A stretch of 64,000 nt of DNA, taken from Naegleria gruberi (lineage: Eukaryota). The translations under genes and the position numbers were made by a program. The notes beneath the pieces are model-generated. The model made no database searches and was not told the DNA's origin. It was given only the letters and a program-made list of their open reading frames with translations. Location of the stretch: assembly GCA_000004985.1 (NCBI GenBank), contig GG738892.1. One strand, 5' to 3'. Position 1 is the stretch's first letter; the number at the start of each line of letters is the position of its first letter. This document shows, in pieces, positions 11,580 to 23,324 of this stretch.

Positions 11580-12029
11580 TTATCGTTTTGTTGTGCCTCT
11601 ACTTGCTGGCTTCTTTTTGTCTCCAACCATTTGTTCCAACTCTGCAATTCTTGATTCAAGTTCTGCAATTCTATTGAGTGACATTTCTTCAATTTCCTTC
11701 TTGATTGGTTCCAATTGTTTGAGAATTTGAGGGTGAGGAACAGATTTCTTTGGCTCCTCAATTTTTGGATGTTCTTCCTTAGTTGGTACTTCAATCTTTG
11801 GAGGAGGTGATTCTTGTTGCTGTTGTTGTTGCTGTTGTTGCTGGATAATGGCTATTCTCTTTGCCTCCTCTTCATGTTCAATTCTCTTCTTTTCTGAATG
11901 TTCAGCCTCTGTGATTGCTTTATTAAGTGGCAACATTGAAAATGGTTGTTCCATAACCAGTAATTTCGATAAAGGTTGAATAATATCCAAAGTTGCATTT
12001 TGTTTTGGGCAAAACACATACTGATACAT
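11580..12029 (-). CDS. hypothetical small coiled-coil protein with a poly-Q tract
   Basis: 149-aa ORF. A (CAA/CAG)n run encodes Q12. The C-terminus is a heptad-like ELESRIAELEQM. No recognisable domain. Confidence 0.4.
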   Translation of the reverse strand: MYQYVFCPKQNATLDIIQPLSKLLVMEQPFSMLPLNKAITEAEHSEKKRIEHEEEAKRIAIIQQQQQQQQQQESPPPKIEVPTKEEHPKIEEPKKSVPHPQILKQLEPIKKEIEEMSLNRIAELESRIAELEQMVGDKKKPASRGTTKR

Positions 12030-12097
12030 TTTGTAATGTCTATAAAAACTATTTACATAATATTGTATCCTTTAAAATTAGTGATTAATCTTTAAAC

Positions 12098-12551
12098 CTA
12101 CGTATTGTAAACATAATCTGAAATCTTCTTTACATCATCAACATGAAACACTTCAACACTGAATGGGGGTCTATGTACACTGTATTTTGTCATTAATTGT
12201 TTGAAATGAATAAAACTATCATAAAGAGTAATGTCATTATTTGATGTATCCCTATGAATATCCTTTATGATTGTAAATATTGCTGAAATCTTTTCTAGGG
12301 TAAATTTGTTTCTTATTGCAAACATGATTGTATGAACAAAAAGATCGGAAAGAATTTGATATTGTTTTAAGGATAAATCGGGATACATTTCATAAAGATC
12401 CATAACCTCTTGCAAATTCCTATTGTTATTTCATTCCGATGTGATTTCAAATTCCAACAAGATGATTTACCTACTTTTTCAGATCATCAACACATGCAAT
12501 ATTGCCCAGTATTGCATGAATTTGTTCCGCAGTCAAATCTAACCATAACAT
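12098..12551 (-). CDS. hypothetical protein, two exons (12475..12551, 12098..12419)
   Basis: A short ATG exon (MLWLDLTAEQIHAILGNIACVDDLKK) joins via a 55-nt GTAGGT..AG intron, in phase, to ORF 12098..12415. No recognisable domain. Confidence 0.35.
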
Positions 12552-12766
12552 GTTTTTTTCTGTAACTTGTAAAACTACAATAAGGCGCCAAAATTTTTGA
12601 TATTTAAATTGGAGAGTATTGTTTTATTTTGATATAAATCTTATTCTATACAAATGTTTTAATAACAAATTACTATATATTGTTATTCTAATAATTAGAT
12701 GGGTTTAAAGTTATATATGTATGATACATTAAATAAATAAATCTAGAGAAATTGTGTGAGGAGAAA

Positions 12767-13254
12767 TTACTCATTGGAAGGATTGGATCCGTTTTGAGGT
12801 GTTGATGAAGGTGGCATGTTTGACATCATTGAAGATGAAGATGATCTAGTTTGTACTAATTCGTTGGCTAAACTGTCAGAATAATATTCAGGCTTTTGAA
12901 TGTTAATTCCGTAATCTTTCAATGAATGATATAAATCCTCAGTGGCCAAAACATAACGTGGTTCCTTTCCTTGTTGTTTGGCTGTTCTTCTAGCACAAAA
13001 TCCGTGGGATTCCTTGCAAATTTCGGCCAAGAATTTATGTGCAGAGAGGGAAACTAATCGGAGCACTCTCTTGTCTGTTGTTTTAAATCCTGATTGTTGA
13101 AGATAATATGAAATTATTTGATCCGGAATCTGTTATACAAATGATCCACATTCCAATTAATTTTTAATCATTATGCTAATATACATACAGCTGGATTATA
13201 GTCTTCCATAGAATCCAAAAACTCTTGCATATCCTTGTATTTTTGATCCGACAT
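12767..13254 (-). CDS. TAF10: TFIID subunit TAF10, two exons (13189..13254, 12767..13129)
   Basis: Exon 1 (MSDQKYKDMQEFLDSMEDYNPA) joins via a 59-nt GTATGT..CAG intron to IPDQIISYYLQQSGFKTTDKRVLRLVSLSAHKFLAEI...PRYVLATEDLYHSLKDYGINIQKPEYY. This is the conserved TAF10 histone-fold region (compare IPDAVTGYYL...RIIRLISLAAQKFISDI...YTLTMEDL...YGINVKKPHYF). Confidence 0.7.
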
Positions 13255-13412
13255 TTTTTTCACTTTTATTTTTAAAATCATTGCAAGTTATCACCATCAT
13301 TCTTTTGCATTATTCAATTAAACAAAATAATCCTGTTTTGCTACTGACGTCTTAATGCTTGTTTTTGAAATTTTTACTCGGAAGTGTTTTATAAATTTAT
13401 ATTTTATTAGGT

Positions 13413-13790
13413 TTAGATGTTTGATGGGAAAAGGAAAACTCTAACTGGTTGAGCAAGAGCAGTAGTTGGCAATTGAGGAGCGAATTTAGCTCTAACAACA
13501 CCAGAGTTACCGTGAGCTCTAGTAATCTTACCCCAGACAACTCTCAAACCCTTGAATGTGTTTGAACCAGAGGTCAATGACTTTTCACCCTTGTAGAGAT
13601 AAGCAACTCTCTTACCAATGTAGAATTGAGCAGCTTCCTTGGTGGAGACACCTTCGAGTTGGAGGAGGGAGGTGTTTTCGTATTGTCTAACCTTTGATCT
13701 CTTGTAACCCAAGACACGTCCTCTAACCCAGAGTCTGCTTTCCTTAACCTTTCCTTGGAAGGTAACTCTCTTGCTTGTGGTGGTGACCAT
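13413..13790 (-). CDS. RPL35A: 60S ribosomal protein L35a (eL33)
   Basis: The 125-aa ORF has the eL33 signature [19 protein letters not shown] and the LQLEGV...FYIGKR core. Confidence 0.85.
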   Translation of the reverse strand: MVTTTSKRVTFQGKVKESRLWVRGRVLGYKRSKVRQYENTSLLQLEGVSTKEAAQFYIGKRVAYLYKGEKSLTSGSNTFKGLRVVWGKITRAHGNSGVVRAKFAPQLPTTALAQPVRVFLFPSNI

Positions 13791-14148
13791 TCTCTGTTAA
13801 TGTAAAAGTTTATGTTGAAAATATTTGTTTGGTGATGAAAATCCTTTGGTAAGAAAAATGAAGTATGTTGACTACGTACGAATTTTGCTATTTTTTTTTC
13901 GAAACAATTTCCTAGTTGTTTGGGAGGTATTGTATTTTACAATGAAAAAATGAGCCTGGTAAAAGCCAACAAGCAAAGCACCGTCATAAAAAAATTCTTC
14001 GCAGTCTAATAAACACACAACCCAGTTTTTCAACACATATTTGTGATTATTATTGGGAGTTTATTCTCTCTTGGATTGTATTATACATTATTGTCTTCTA
14101 TTTTACAAGTTTATTTTTCTGATGGTGGTGCCTCTTTTCGAAAAGCAT

Positions 14149-14460
14149 CTACTGCTCGCTATTCTCTTCAAGATCATCAGATGAAGGAATAATCTTACGC
14201 ATATCGGATGCTATCTTCATCTTTTCCTCTAAATTATACATGGCCTGTAAGAGCATGGAACTCTTCAATTCTCTCATCAACAATTGTTGTTCGTCTTCAT
14301 TGTGAAGGGAGTTCTTGTCCTTTCTAAATTTCTCTTGAATCTTTTCGTACTTGGCAATCTCCTTATCTATAATTTCAGCAGCAACATCCATGTTTTGCTC
14401 ACTCTTATAATCTAAACCCTTTCCTTCCAACAACCATTTTACTTTATCAGATGGCAATAA
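14149..14460 (-). CDS. hypothetical small charged protein; probably has an undetected 5' exon
   Basis: 102-codon ORF immediately preceded by a TTTTACAG acceptor. The first ORF codon is TTG, so translation likely starts in an upstream micro-exon I could not place. Confidence 0.35.
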   Translation of the reverse strand, partial: LLPSDKVKWLLEGKGLDYKSEQNMDVAAEIIDKEIAKYEKIQEKFRKDKNSLHNEDEQQLLMRELKSSMLLQAMYNLEEKMKIASDMRKIIPSSDDLEENSEQ

Positions 14461-14680
14461 TTCTGTAAAACCCCTAATATTATTATTTCCAAAAGATATT
14501 ACAAGAAAGTCAAGATCCGATATTCCACATTCAACAATTAATATTTACCATAATAACGTTCAAAACAACATCATTGACTAAGAACCTTACTATAAGTCTA
14601 ACCTACATTTTTTTAATTCCTTAAACTTTAAACATTTTTCGAGAGAAGCAAACTTGGCGCCAATTTCAAATTCAAAAAAA

Positions 14681-17600
14681 ATGAAAAGAAGAATAATCCA
14701 AGACGAAGATGATGAAATGATGAATAGTGTGAATATCAAAGATGAATCGAGTAATGATTCCAATGGAAATGTTGCATCACAATTTCGGAGATTGTCAATA
14801 CATAATGTGATGAATGAAACTCTTCTTCCTCTTCCTTCCGATATCGATACACCCATCCTATCCGAAAAGGAGAAGAAGAAACAATATAACAACTTGATCC
14901 GTACAGCAAGAGATTTGGAAAAGAAAGGGGAAGATCCAGTTAAATTCATTCACATGTTCGAACAGGCCTATTCTCTCTTCAGTGTTGATGATAAATTATC
15001 AAAAAAAATTGAAAAATATAAGAGATTATTGGCAGAAAGGATTTTTCTAGAACAGACTCAAATGTTACAAACTGAAACTAATCAAAATATTGTAAAGAAT
15101 GAACCAATTAGGACCTCGTTTGCAACCAATTCTTCAATCAACTTGCAAATTAAAGAGGAAAAGCTCATTCTTCCAACAACTCCAAAAAGTTCAAGAGAAA
15201 TTCCAGCCAGCTCTATAATATCACCCTTCATGTCTCCTCAATCTGAAAAAACAAAACGATTTGAAAAGCTTCCTAATGGATTCATTTATGATAAGAAGGC
15301 TGATATTTATATTCTCATGGATGCCAAATCAAAACAAGATAGAAAGATACCATTTAAACTCTCCTCAAAAATTTATAATCAACTTTATGACTATCAAAAG
15401 GAAGGCCTCTTATGGTATTGGGGAAAACATATCAGTATTCGAAATGATATTTCAGGAGGAATATTGGCTGATGATATGGTAAGTTTTTCAAATTTCACAT
15501 ATTCTATAACACAACATTTTCAATTTAACTTTATAGGGTCTTGGAAAAACAGCAACAACAATTTCATTCCTGTCTGGACTCTTCTCTGGTGATAGTGTTA
15601 AACATGTTCTAATTGCAATGCCTGTGAGTTTAGTAGAAAATTGGAGAAAGGAATTTAATGTTTGGAGTGAAGGAGATTTTAATATTTTCATTTTCCACTC
15701 ACTTACCAAGAAACAACGTACTGATATTTTGGATCAATATAAGCAGGAGGGTGGTGTACTACTAACAACGTACGGTACTATATCATCTCAGATAGATTTA
15801 TTCACAGATAGTTATGTGAAGGATGGATATCAGTTTGATTATATTATTCTGGACGAAGGTCACAAGTTGAAAAACCCAAGCACCCTTTTATCTAAATGCT
15901 TACACAAACTCCCAAGCACCATGTGTAGAATTGTTATTAGTGGTACACCTGTCCAAAATAACTTGATGGAAATGCATGCATTAATGGATTGGATATTTAA
16001 GGGAACATTATTAGGAGATAGAAAAACATTTAAGGATGAGTTTGAAAAGAAGATTGTCAGAGCCAATGAAAAGGATGCCACTAGTTTCGAACAAAAGTTA
16101 GGCGCTGAGATTTTGAGACGTTTCAGAGAAGTCATTAGCCCACACATGTTGAGAAGAGAAAAATCACAAGTTCTGCAGCGTATTCAACCTGCTGACGCAA
16201 ACAACTTGAGAAAATCCATTGGAGGATCGTTACAAAAGAAAATTAGTAAGAAGAACGATTTGGTAATTTGGATCAAGTCCACTAATTATCAATTGGAGCT
16301 CTACAGAGAATTTCTTAAAAGTGAGGATGTGCATGAGGTTATTCACGAATCTACCTCTCCTCTTGCAGGTAAGTTACTATTTCAAATTAATTCAATTTAC
16401 AACAATCCAAGCCATTACAATTTTGAAGCAAATATGTTGCCATCCTGATCTGCTCCCAAAAGTACAAAAGAAATCTAAAAATATCAAGGAAATGATTGCC
16501 ATGAGTGGTAAAATGATTTTCCTTCGAAAACTGGTTCAACAACTTTATGAAGAGGATGAAAAATGTTTAATATTCAGTCAAAGTTCAAAAATGTTAGACA
16601 TGATAGCCTCAATGCTCAAATACATTAATATTTCCTACACGAGAATAGATGGTACTATTAACGATACTAAAGAAAGACAGAGAAGAGTTGACTCATTTAA
16701 TAGTGAAAATTCACCATATTTTTGTTTCTTATTGACCTCTCAAACAGGAAGTGTAGGGCTTACTTTGACAGCTGCCACTAGAGTTATTTTGTTTGATCCG
16801 TCATGGAATCCAACTCAAGGTAAGTTTTATTTCATATAACAAAACTAGACAATATTTTAGATAACCAAGGTATGTAAAGTGAATGATACTTATGTAAATT
16901 AATAATTTCTAGCTGCTGACAGATGTTACAGAATTGGCCAACTGAAGGATGTTGTTGTATATAGACTTATTTCATGCTCTACTATTGAGGAGAAAGTATA
17001 TAGAAAGCAAGTTTTTAAAGATGCCATCTTTAGATCTACCACAGAAAAGGAAAACCAATATAGGTACTTTACAAAATCAGAGTTAAAAGAACTATTCTCT
17101 TTGCCTCAGAACCCTAATGCATCTGAAACACAATTACAACTCGAAAATATTCATACACCATCTCCCAATCATCATAGTGAGAAACTGAAACAACATTTGG
17201 AAACGATCAAAAACTTGGCAAAGGATGTAATGACAGGATTCAGCAATCATGATCTTCTCTACTCAAAGGAAGCTGATGACTATGAAGATGGAACAGCCGA
17301 TAATGAAAGAGAAATATCAATGCTTGCTGACAATTCAGCAAGAGCTTTGAACTATCCTTCTCATATGACTGATTCTCCACAAAATAAGAAAAAATCAACT
17401 AAAACCAAGACAAAAACATCACAAAAATCAACAGATGCAGAGTGGAAAGTTGCTGGTGATGCACCACCTCCTTCAGAATTTCTTTTGACCTCCCTTTCTG
17501 ACATACAGAAGGATAAGAGTATCAACGAGGAAGCATTCCTCACTCAAATCAACACAACAAATCTATCAAACGAGAATTGTAAACAAATGATAAAAGGGGT

Positions 17601-18171
17601 GAGGACTCACGGTGAAACAGGATTTTGGAAGAGAATATTGGATAACTTTTTACCGAAGTCTTTACTTACACAAAATCAATTGGAAAATGAGTGGAAGAAT
17701 TTCAAGATGGGAAAGACTATTGAGCATTTGAATCAAATACTTACACATTTTGATCATGAGTTTACTGTAAAACCAGAAATGCCAAAGATTAGATCTCAAG
17801 TGGCTCTAGTGGGTAATAATCCTTCTCAACTTCCTCCAAAAGTCAACTCTAAGGCAGAGGTTCCATCCTTTAAAAATCCAGCAAAAAAGACACTGATAAA
17901 ACCACCACCAAAAGATCCTAAAACACCAATTAGAAAAGAGGATAGAGAGCCAGAATTGAGTCCATCAGATGATGATAATGATGACATGATGATGAGCCCA
18001 CCAGCCATCCTCTCTCCAGATATTCTTCCAAAGAGAAAATCCTTAGTTGCAGATCCAGATAAGTTCAGAAGAAGACTTTCTTCCATCTTTGGCTTGATCA
18101 ATGAAGATGAAGATGATTTTGAACCATCTGATAAGGAAGAGGAAGAAATTATGGACTCGTCAAGAAAATGA
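14681..18171 (+). CDS. SNF2-family DNA-dependent ATPase/helicase (ERCC6/RAD26/PICH-like), four exons (about 14681..15478, 15537..16368, 16412..16819, 16913..18171)
   Basis: The exon 1/2 junction recreates the SNF2 motif I, ILADDM|GLGKTA. Exon 2 has DEGHKLKNPST...ISGTPVQNNLMEMHALMDW. Exon 3 has ...QICCHPDL and the helicase-C block LIFSQSSKMLD...GTINDTKERQRRVDSFN...LLTSQTGSVGLTLTAATRVILFDPSWNPTQ|. Exon 4 begins AADRCYRIGQ. The three introns are 58, 43 and 93 nt, all GTAAGT..AG. The N-terminal region is TPR-like. Confidence 0.8.
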
Positions 18172-18712
18172 AAATGAAAAAACCACACAAGTTAAGGATG
18201 AGTTTCCAATTGTTGGGAAGAGCACTTTCATCGATGATGCTGCTGATACAGAGGAAGATGACGGAGATTATGAACCATCTGATGAAGAGGAAATTGATTC
18301 AGATGATGATTTTATTGACGATGACGATACCATCTATGATGACGAAGAGGATGACCCAATGCAAATGACACCAATGACACCAAAGCCAAAATTCAATAAG
18401 GTAATTGATGATGACGAAGATTATGGAATGGAAACACAGAGTGCAGGTGGAAATAACAGAGATGACATGCTCTTCTCTCCAATGTTAGAAACACCAATGA
18501 CTCCAGAGGCTTCCAATGCCAATATGATAACAACAAGTGAAGATAAGTCTGCACACTATCTCAGTATGCTTCGTCAGGCAAGAGCTGTTGAGTTGAGTGG
18601 TGATATTTTGAAAGCTATCAATCTTTATATGAATGCATTGGAAATCGATGATAGCGACATTAATCTGCATTGCAAGATTAATCATTTAGCTAAAGCACTT
18701 TCATTCGAATAA
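18101..18712 (+). CDS. probable continuation of the SNF2 gene in a different reading frame (acidic repeats plus a C-terminal TPR-like helix pair); frame disrupted relative to 14681..18171
   Basis: The acidic repeat motif (E/D)DD.(D/Y/F)EPSD.EEE continues across the frame break. It reads EDEDDFEPSDKEEEEI in the upstream frame and EDDGDYEPSDEEEID in this one. The break lies in an A-rich run, gaaaatgaaaatgaaaaaacc, near 18160-18185. This ORF ends only 28 bp from the convergent GUF1 stop. Confidence 0.4.
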   Translation: MKMKMILNHLIRKRKKLWTRQENENEKTTQVKDEFPIVGKSTFIDDAADTEEDDGDYEPSDEEEIDSDDDFIDDDDTIYDDEEDDPMQMTPMTPKPKFNKVIDDDEDYGMETQSAGGNNRDDMLFSPMLETPMTPEASNANMITTSEDKSAHYLSMLRQARAVELSGDILKAINLYMNALEIDDSDINLHCKINHLAKALSFE

Positions 18713-18739
18713 ATGTCATGAAGAAAAACATTGAAAAGT

Positions 18740-21196
18740 TTAATCCGAGAGATCTGCATCTTCAATTTCACCTTCAGAGAACAGTACTGTGAAGGCATCT
18801 TGAGGTACTGAAACAGAACCGAGTTGTTTCATCTTCTTCTTACCTTCCTTTTGCTTTTCTAACAATTTACGTTTTCTGGTAATATCACCACCATAACACT
18901 TGGCTGTGACGTTCTTTCTGAAAGCTTTCAACTTTTCACTAGCAATAATCTTCAATCCTACAGCACATTGAATGTTAACTTCGAAGAGTTGTCTGGAAAT
19001 GAGCTTCTTCAATCGTTGGACAACATCTCTTGCTTTAAAGTATGCCTTACTTTCGTGTACAATGTACGACAAGGCATCAACAGGATCCTTATTGAGCATG
19101 ACAGTCAATTTTACAACGTCAGATCTTTCAAATCCAGCTTCCTCGTAATCTAAGGTGGCATAACCCTTGGTCATGGATTTCAATTTGTCAAAAAAGTCCT
19201 GAAAGTGTTGTTAGATCTATTTTCAAATAATTATGAAATACTTACATAAATCATTTCGTTGAGTGGAATCTTGTATTGCATGGAAACTCTTTCAGCAGAG
19301 AAGTATTCCATATGAATTTGGACACCTCTTCTTTCCTGACACAAGGTAATAATATCACCAACAAACTCTCTTGGAGTCATAATTGTACAGTTAGCCATAG
19401 GTTCATAAACTTCAGCTTCTGGATTTTCTGGGAAATCATTAGGGTTATCGATATATTCAATGATTTCATCTTCTACAGTATTAAAAGATGTCTTCTTTCC
19501 AGTATTCTTTGTTACAATCTTGTAAGTAACTGTTGGAGCAGTGATAATTGTTTCAATGGTAAATTCTTGGGCTAATCTTTGCTTAAATACGTCCATGCTA
19601 TTGAGGTTTAGAAAAAAAGAGAAATTTGGGTTTAAAACTTACTGAAGCAATCCCAAGAATCCACATCTGAATCCAGTTCCTAGAGCAGCACTAGTTTCTT
19701 TTTCAATAGTGACGCTTCTGTCTGTCAAGAGTAACTTGTCAATGACATCTCTCAACTTATCAAATTCAGCAGTATTCAGAGGATAAATACCAGCATAAAC
19801 CATAGGTTTGGCTTGCTTAAAACCAGGTAATGGTTCAATCTTTGAATCCCAAATATAGAGGGTGTCACCAATCTGGGCTTCCTTTGTACTCTTCATTCCA
19901 CAAATGAGATAACCAACTTGACCTTGATATAATTTATCAGTTGGAACTTGGTCAGGATTCATGATACCCAACTTGGTAACTTGATATTTGGTTGGTTTTG
20001 CAGAGTTTTTAACATTTGCATGTGAGTAAATGAAATCACCAACCTCAACAGAACCTTGGGCAATATAAACAAGTGAAACAACTCCAAAATATTCATCATA
20101 CCATGAATCGAAAATCAAAGATTTTAAGGCCCCAGGAGTTTCTCCTTCACTAACTTTTGGTGGTTCAGGTGCTGGAATTTTCTCAATAACTGCAGGAATA
20201 ATCTTTTGACAATTCAAACCAGTTTTAGCACTCACTTTGATAATTTCATCTTTTTCTACGCCCAAAATTCCAGTCATATCTTCTTCTACAAGCTCAGGTT
20301 GAGCTGTTTGTTGGTCAATCTTAGTCATAATTGGAATAATTTCAAGATTTTCTTCCAATGCCAAGAAATAATTGGCCAATGTTTGAGCTTGGACGCCTTG
20401 TCCAGAGTCAACAAGTAATAAAGCACCATCACAAGCACCCATACTTCTACTGACTTCATAACTAAAGTCAACGTGTCCCTATATAAATTTGAATTTCAAA
20501 ATTCCACACATTTCCATTATTTCTTCAACTACTTACTGGTGTATCAATCAAATTTAATAAATATTTCTTTCCATTATATTCGTAAAACATTGCACATGAT
20601 TGTGCCTTCACAGTAATACCTCTTTCTCTCTCAACTTGTAATCTATCGAGAAATTGTGCATTATCCTTCAAAAGTTCAGCAGTAATTGTATTAGTTTCCT
20701 TCAGTAAATAATCAGCCAATGTACTTTTTCCGTGGTCAATGTGTGCAATGATACAAAAATTACGAATATATTCAGGAGTGAATCCCGATAAATCCAAAGC
20801 AGATTTGTTATGTTCCTTGATCTTTTTAGCATTGGTTGGAAGGACAGAATAATTTCTAACTTGTTGTTGTTTACTAAATCCAATATTTCTCATCCAAACA
20901 TTACTATAGATATTATTTCTATTCATGATGGAAAGTCTCTTCAATTCCTCTTTTAATTCCGAGCATTCAAAAACCAATCCATTCTTGTTACTTTTGCTCA
21001 CATAATTTCTCCTATTATTTTCATTATCATTGGACAAGGAGGATGACAACATTTTGATACTATTTCCATTATGATGATGACTATGACTATGATTCAAATG
21101 GCATTGATGATGAAGAAGCGAATTCAAGCTCTCCGAACAAGTGCTGCTGCTAAAACTCGTCGTCCTATTCGGAAGGAAGAATAATCGATATTGCAT
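18740..21196 (-). CDS. GUF1: translation factor GUF1 (mitochondrial LepA/EF4 homologue), four exons (20537..21196, 19643..20478, 19246..19597, 18740..19198)
   Basis: The N-terminal presequence is S/R-rich. The GTPase motifs are [15 protein letters not shown] and IDTP|GHVDF, with the G-3 motif split by a 58-nt intron. The junctions GFLGLL|HMDVFKQRL and NEMIY|[14 protein letters not shown] reproduce the conserved LepA sequence. Introns are 58, 45 and 47 nt, all GTAAGT..AG. The C-terminus has the LepA-specific ...KKMKQLGSV region. Confidence 0.85.
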
Positions 21197-21690
21197 TTTT
21201 TATTCTTTTTGCAATTTTATTATTCTGTCTCATAGCCATGTAGAACTAAAAAGTGAAGTGATTCAGGAAAATAAGATTAATAATATTATTCTCAATATTT
21301 AAATCTTTATTTTCCTTAATTAAATTAATTTTATGTCAACAATTAAAATAACATTTACTATTGAGAGAATTCAATATCGATTCAAATTATCCATCTCAAA
21401 TGAGAAACTTATACTCATTACAATCCTGATAATTCTGATGATTCTCTCCTCTCTTCACTATCAATATTTTCTTTGATTCGCACCAATTCAAGCAAGAGAA
21501 CCAACAACAAGTCATGGTCAATTCATGTACCCACCTCAATTTCTTTAAAAGCAAGATTACCAACCTTGCTTCTTATTCTCCCTCTCGAAAAAAAACCTCC
21601 AAAATCGACGGCGAGCAGAGAAGAAGGCTTTTTTCGGGGAGCAAAGAGACATTAAAAACATCAGCAACATAACAGAAGAAGAACACGAGA

Positions 21691-23178
21691 ATGGAAACCA
21701 CCACAACTATTGATATTCAAGCCTTGAAGAAGGAATTGGTTTTAGATTTGATTCAAATTGGTGCTTTGAAATTTGGTAGATTTACATTAAAGTCCGGCAT
21801 TGTTTCTCCTTTCTATGTGGATTTGAGAATTATTGGACCAAAAATGTTGCGCCAATTTTCTGTACTGTTATATCATGTGATGACAGTAAAGGGATTGACA
21901 AACATGGAAAAGAGAGTTATTTGTGGTGTTCCTTATAGTGCATTGACATTCTCATCCTGTATGTCCATGACTTATGATTTACCTATGGTTATCTGTAGAA
22001 AGGAAAGAAAGCAATATGGTACTGGAAATATGGTTGAAGGTATCTACACTAAGAATGAAACTAATTGTATCTTAATTGAGGATGTCATTACTAGTGGAGC
22101 TAGTATTGTAGAAACTGCTGAAAAATTGGAAAATGAAGGACTTTTGGTGACAGATGCTCTCGTCTTTTTGACAAGAGAACAACTTCCACTCACCAATGGT
22201 ATGCACATCTTGAAGAAGGGAGAAAAGGTTTACAATGTTCATCCATGTTTGACCATGACAGAAGTCACACAAGTTTTACTTGACGAAGGTAAAATGTCAC
22301 AAGAACAAAGAGAAGATATTCTTCAATTTATTGGCACTAATACTTTCTCGGAAACCAAGACAACTGCTGTGCCACAAAAGAAGAAGGAACTCACATTTAC
22401 TGAAAGAGCTGAATTGACAAACAATGAATTCTCAAAGAAATTGTTCAAGTTGATGGAAGAAAAGCAAACTAATTTATGTGTTGCTGCTGATATTACTAGT
22501 AAGGATGACCTTTTGAAATTGGCTGATGAAACTGGTCCAGAAATTTGCATGTTAAAGACTCACATTGATACTTTGGATGATCAACCAGATGAACAATTCA
22601 CTCAACAACTCAAAGAATTGGCTAAGAAGCACAACTTTTTAATTTTCGAAGATAGAAAGTTGGCTGATATCGGCCAAGTTGTCAAGCAACAATATGCCAG
22701 AGGTCCATTCAAAATTGCTCAATGGTCTGATCTCTGTAATTCTCACTTGGTTAGTGGTGGATCTGCTACTGTTAAGGCTTTGAAGGAATCTCTCAAGGAA
22801 GAAAATATTACTGAACCAAGAGGTTTGCTCTTGATTGCTCAAATGAGTACTGAAGGTGCCACTACTGGTGAATCCACAAAGCAAGAAGCACTCAAGGTTG
22901 CTTTGGAAAATCCAGATTTTGTCAGTGGTTTCATTTGTCAAAGCAAATTGAGAGATGATCTCGATCAATTCCTCTACTGCACTCCTGGTGTTAGACTCGA
23001 TGTTAAGGGAGATTCATTGGGCCAACAATACAACTCTCCAGAGTATGTAGTTTGTGAAAAGAAGTGTGATGTCATTATTGTGGGTAGAGGTATTTACCAC
23101 GACAAGGAACGTCAAAATGCTGCCAAGTTGTACAGAAAGCTTGGTTGGGAAGCTTATCAAAAGAGAATCCAACAATAA
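21691..23178 (+). CDS. UMPS: bifunctional UMP synthase (orotate phosphoribosyltransferase + orotidine-5'-phosphate decarboxylase fusion)
   Basis: The N-terminal half is OPRTase-like (GALKFGRFTLKSGIVSPFYVDLR, the PRPP loop ILIEDVITSGASI). The C-terminal half is ODCase-like (CVAADITS...KTHID...IFEDRKLADIG...IIVGRGIY). A single 495-aa ORF with no intron. Confidence 0.9.
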   Translation: METTTTIDIQALKKELVLDLIQIGALKFGRFTLKSGIVSPFYVDLRIIGPKMLRQFSVLLYHVMTVKGLTNMEKRVICGVPYSALTFSSCMSMTYDLPMVICRKERKQYGTGNMVEGIYTKNETNCILIEDVITSGASIVETAEKLENEGLLVTDALVFLTREQLPLTNGMHILKKGEKVYNVHPCLTMTEVTQVLLDEGKMSQEQREDILQFIGTNTFSETKTTAVPQKKKELTFTERAELTNNEFSKKLFKLMEEKQTNLCVAADITSKDDLLKLADETGPEICMLKTHIDTLDDQPDEQFTQQLKELAKKHNFLIFEDRKLADIGQVVKQQYARGPFKIAQWSDLCNSHLVSGGSATVKALKESLKEENITEPRGLLLIAQMSTEGATTGESTKQEALKVALENPDFVSGFICQSKLRDDLDQFLYCTPGVRLDVKGDSLGQQYNSPEYVVCEKKCDVIIVGRGIYHDKERQNAAKLYRKLGWEAYQKRIQQ

Positions 23179-23324
23179 ATTTCTGATGAAATTGTAGGCA
23201 AAAAACAAAGTTGTTAAGTGATTTTCAAAGTTTCAAAAAATGTTGCCCTACTGTTCGTCGGGGAGCGGCGAAAATAGGTAAGCTAGTGGGTGGTAAATTT
23301 TTGTAAATATTTTTAATAAGTTAT

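Noticed and set aside
21691-23178. Fungal (budding-yeast-like) origin suggested by gene density, GTATGT donors and low-complexity proteins
   Set aside because: UMP synthase is a single fused OPRT-ODC polypeptide, which fungi do not have, and RPN7 is closer to the metazoan or amoebozoan form. I also saw no strict TACTAAC branch-point consensus in the introns I traced.
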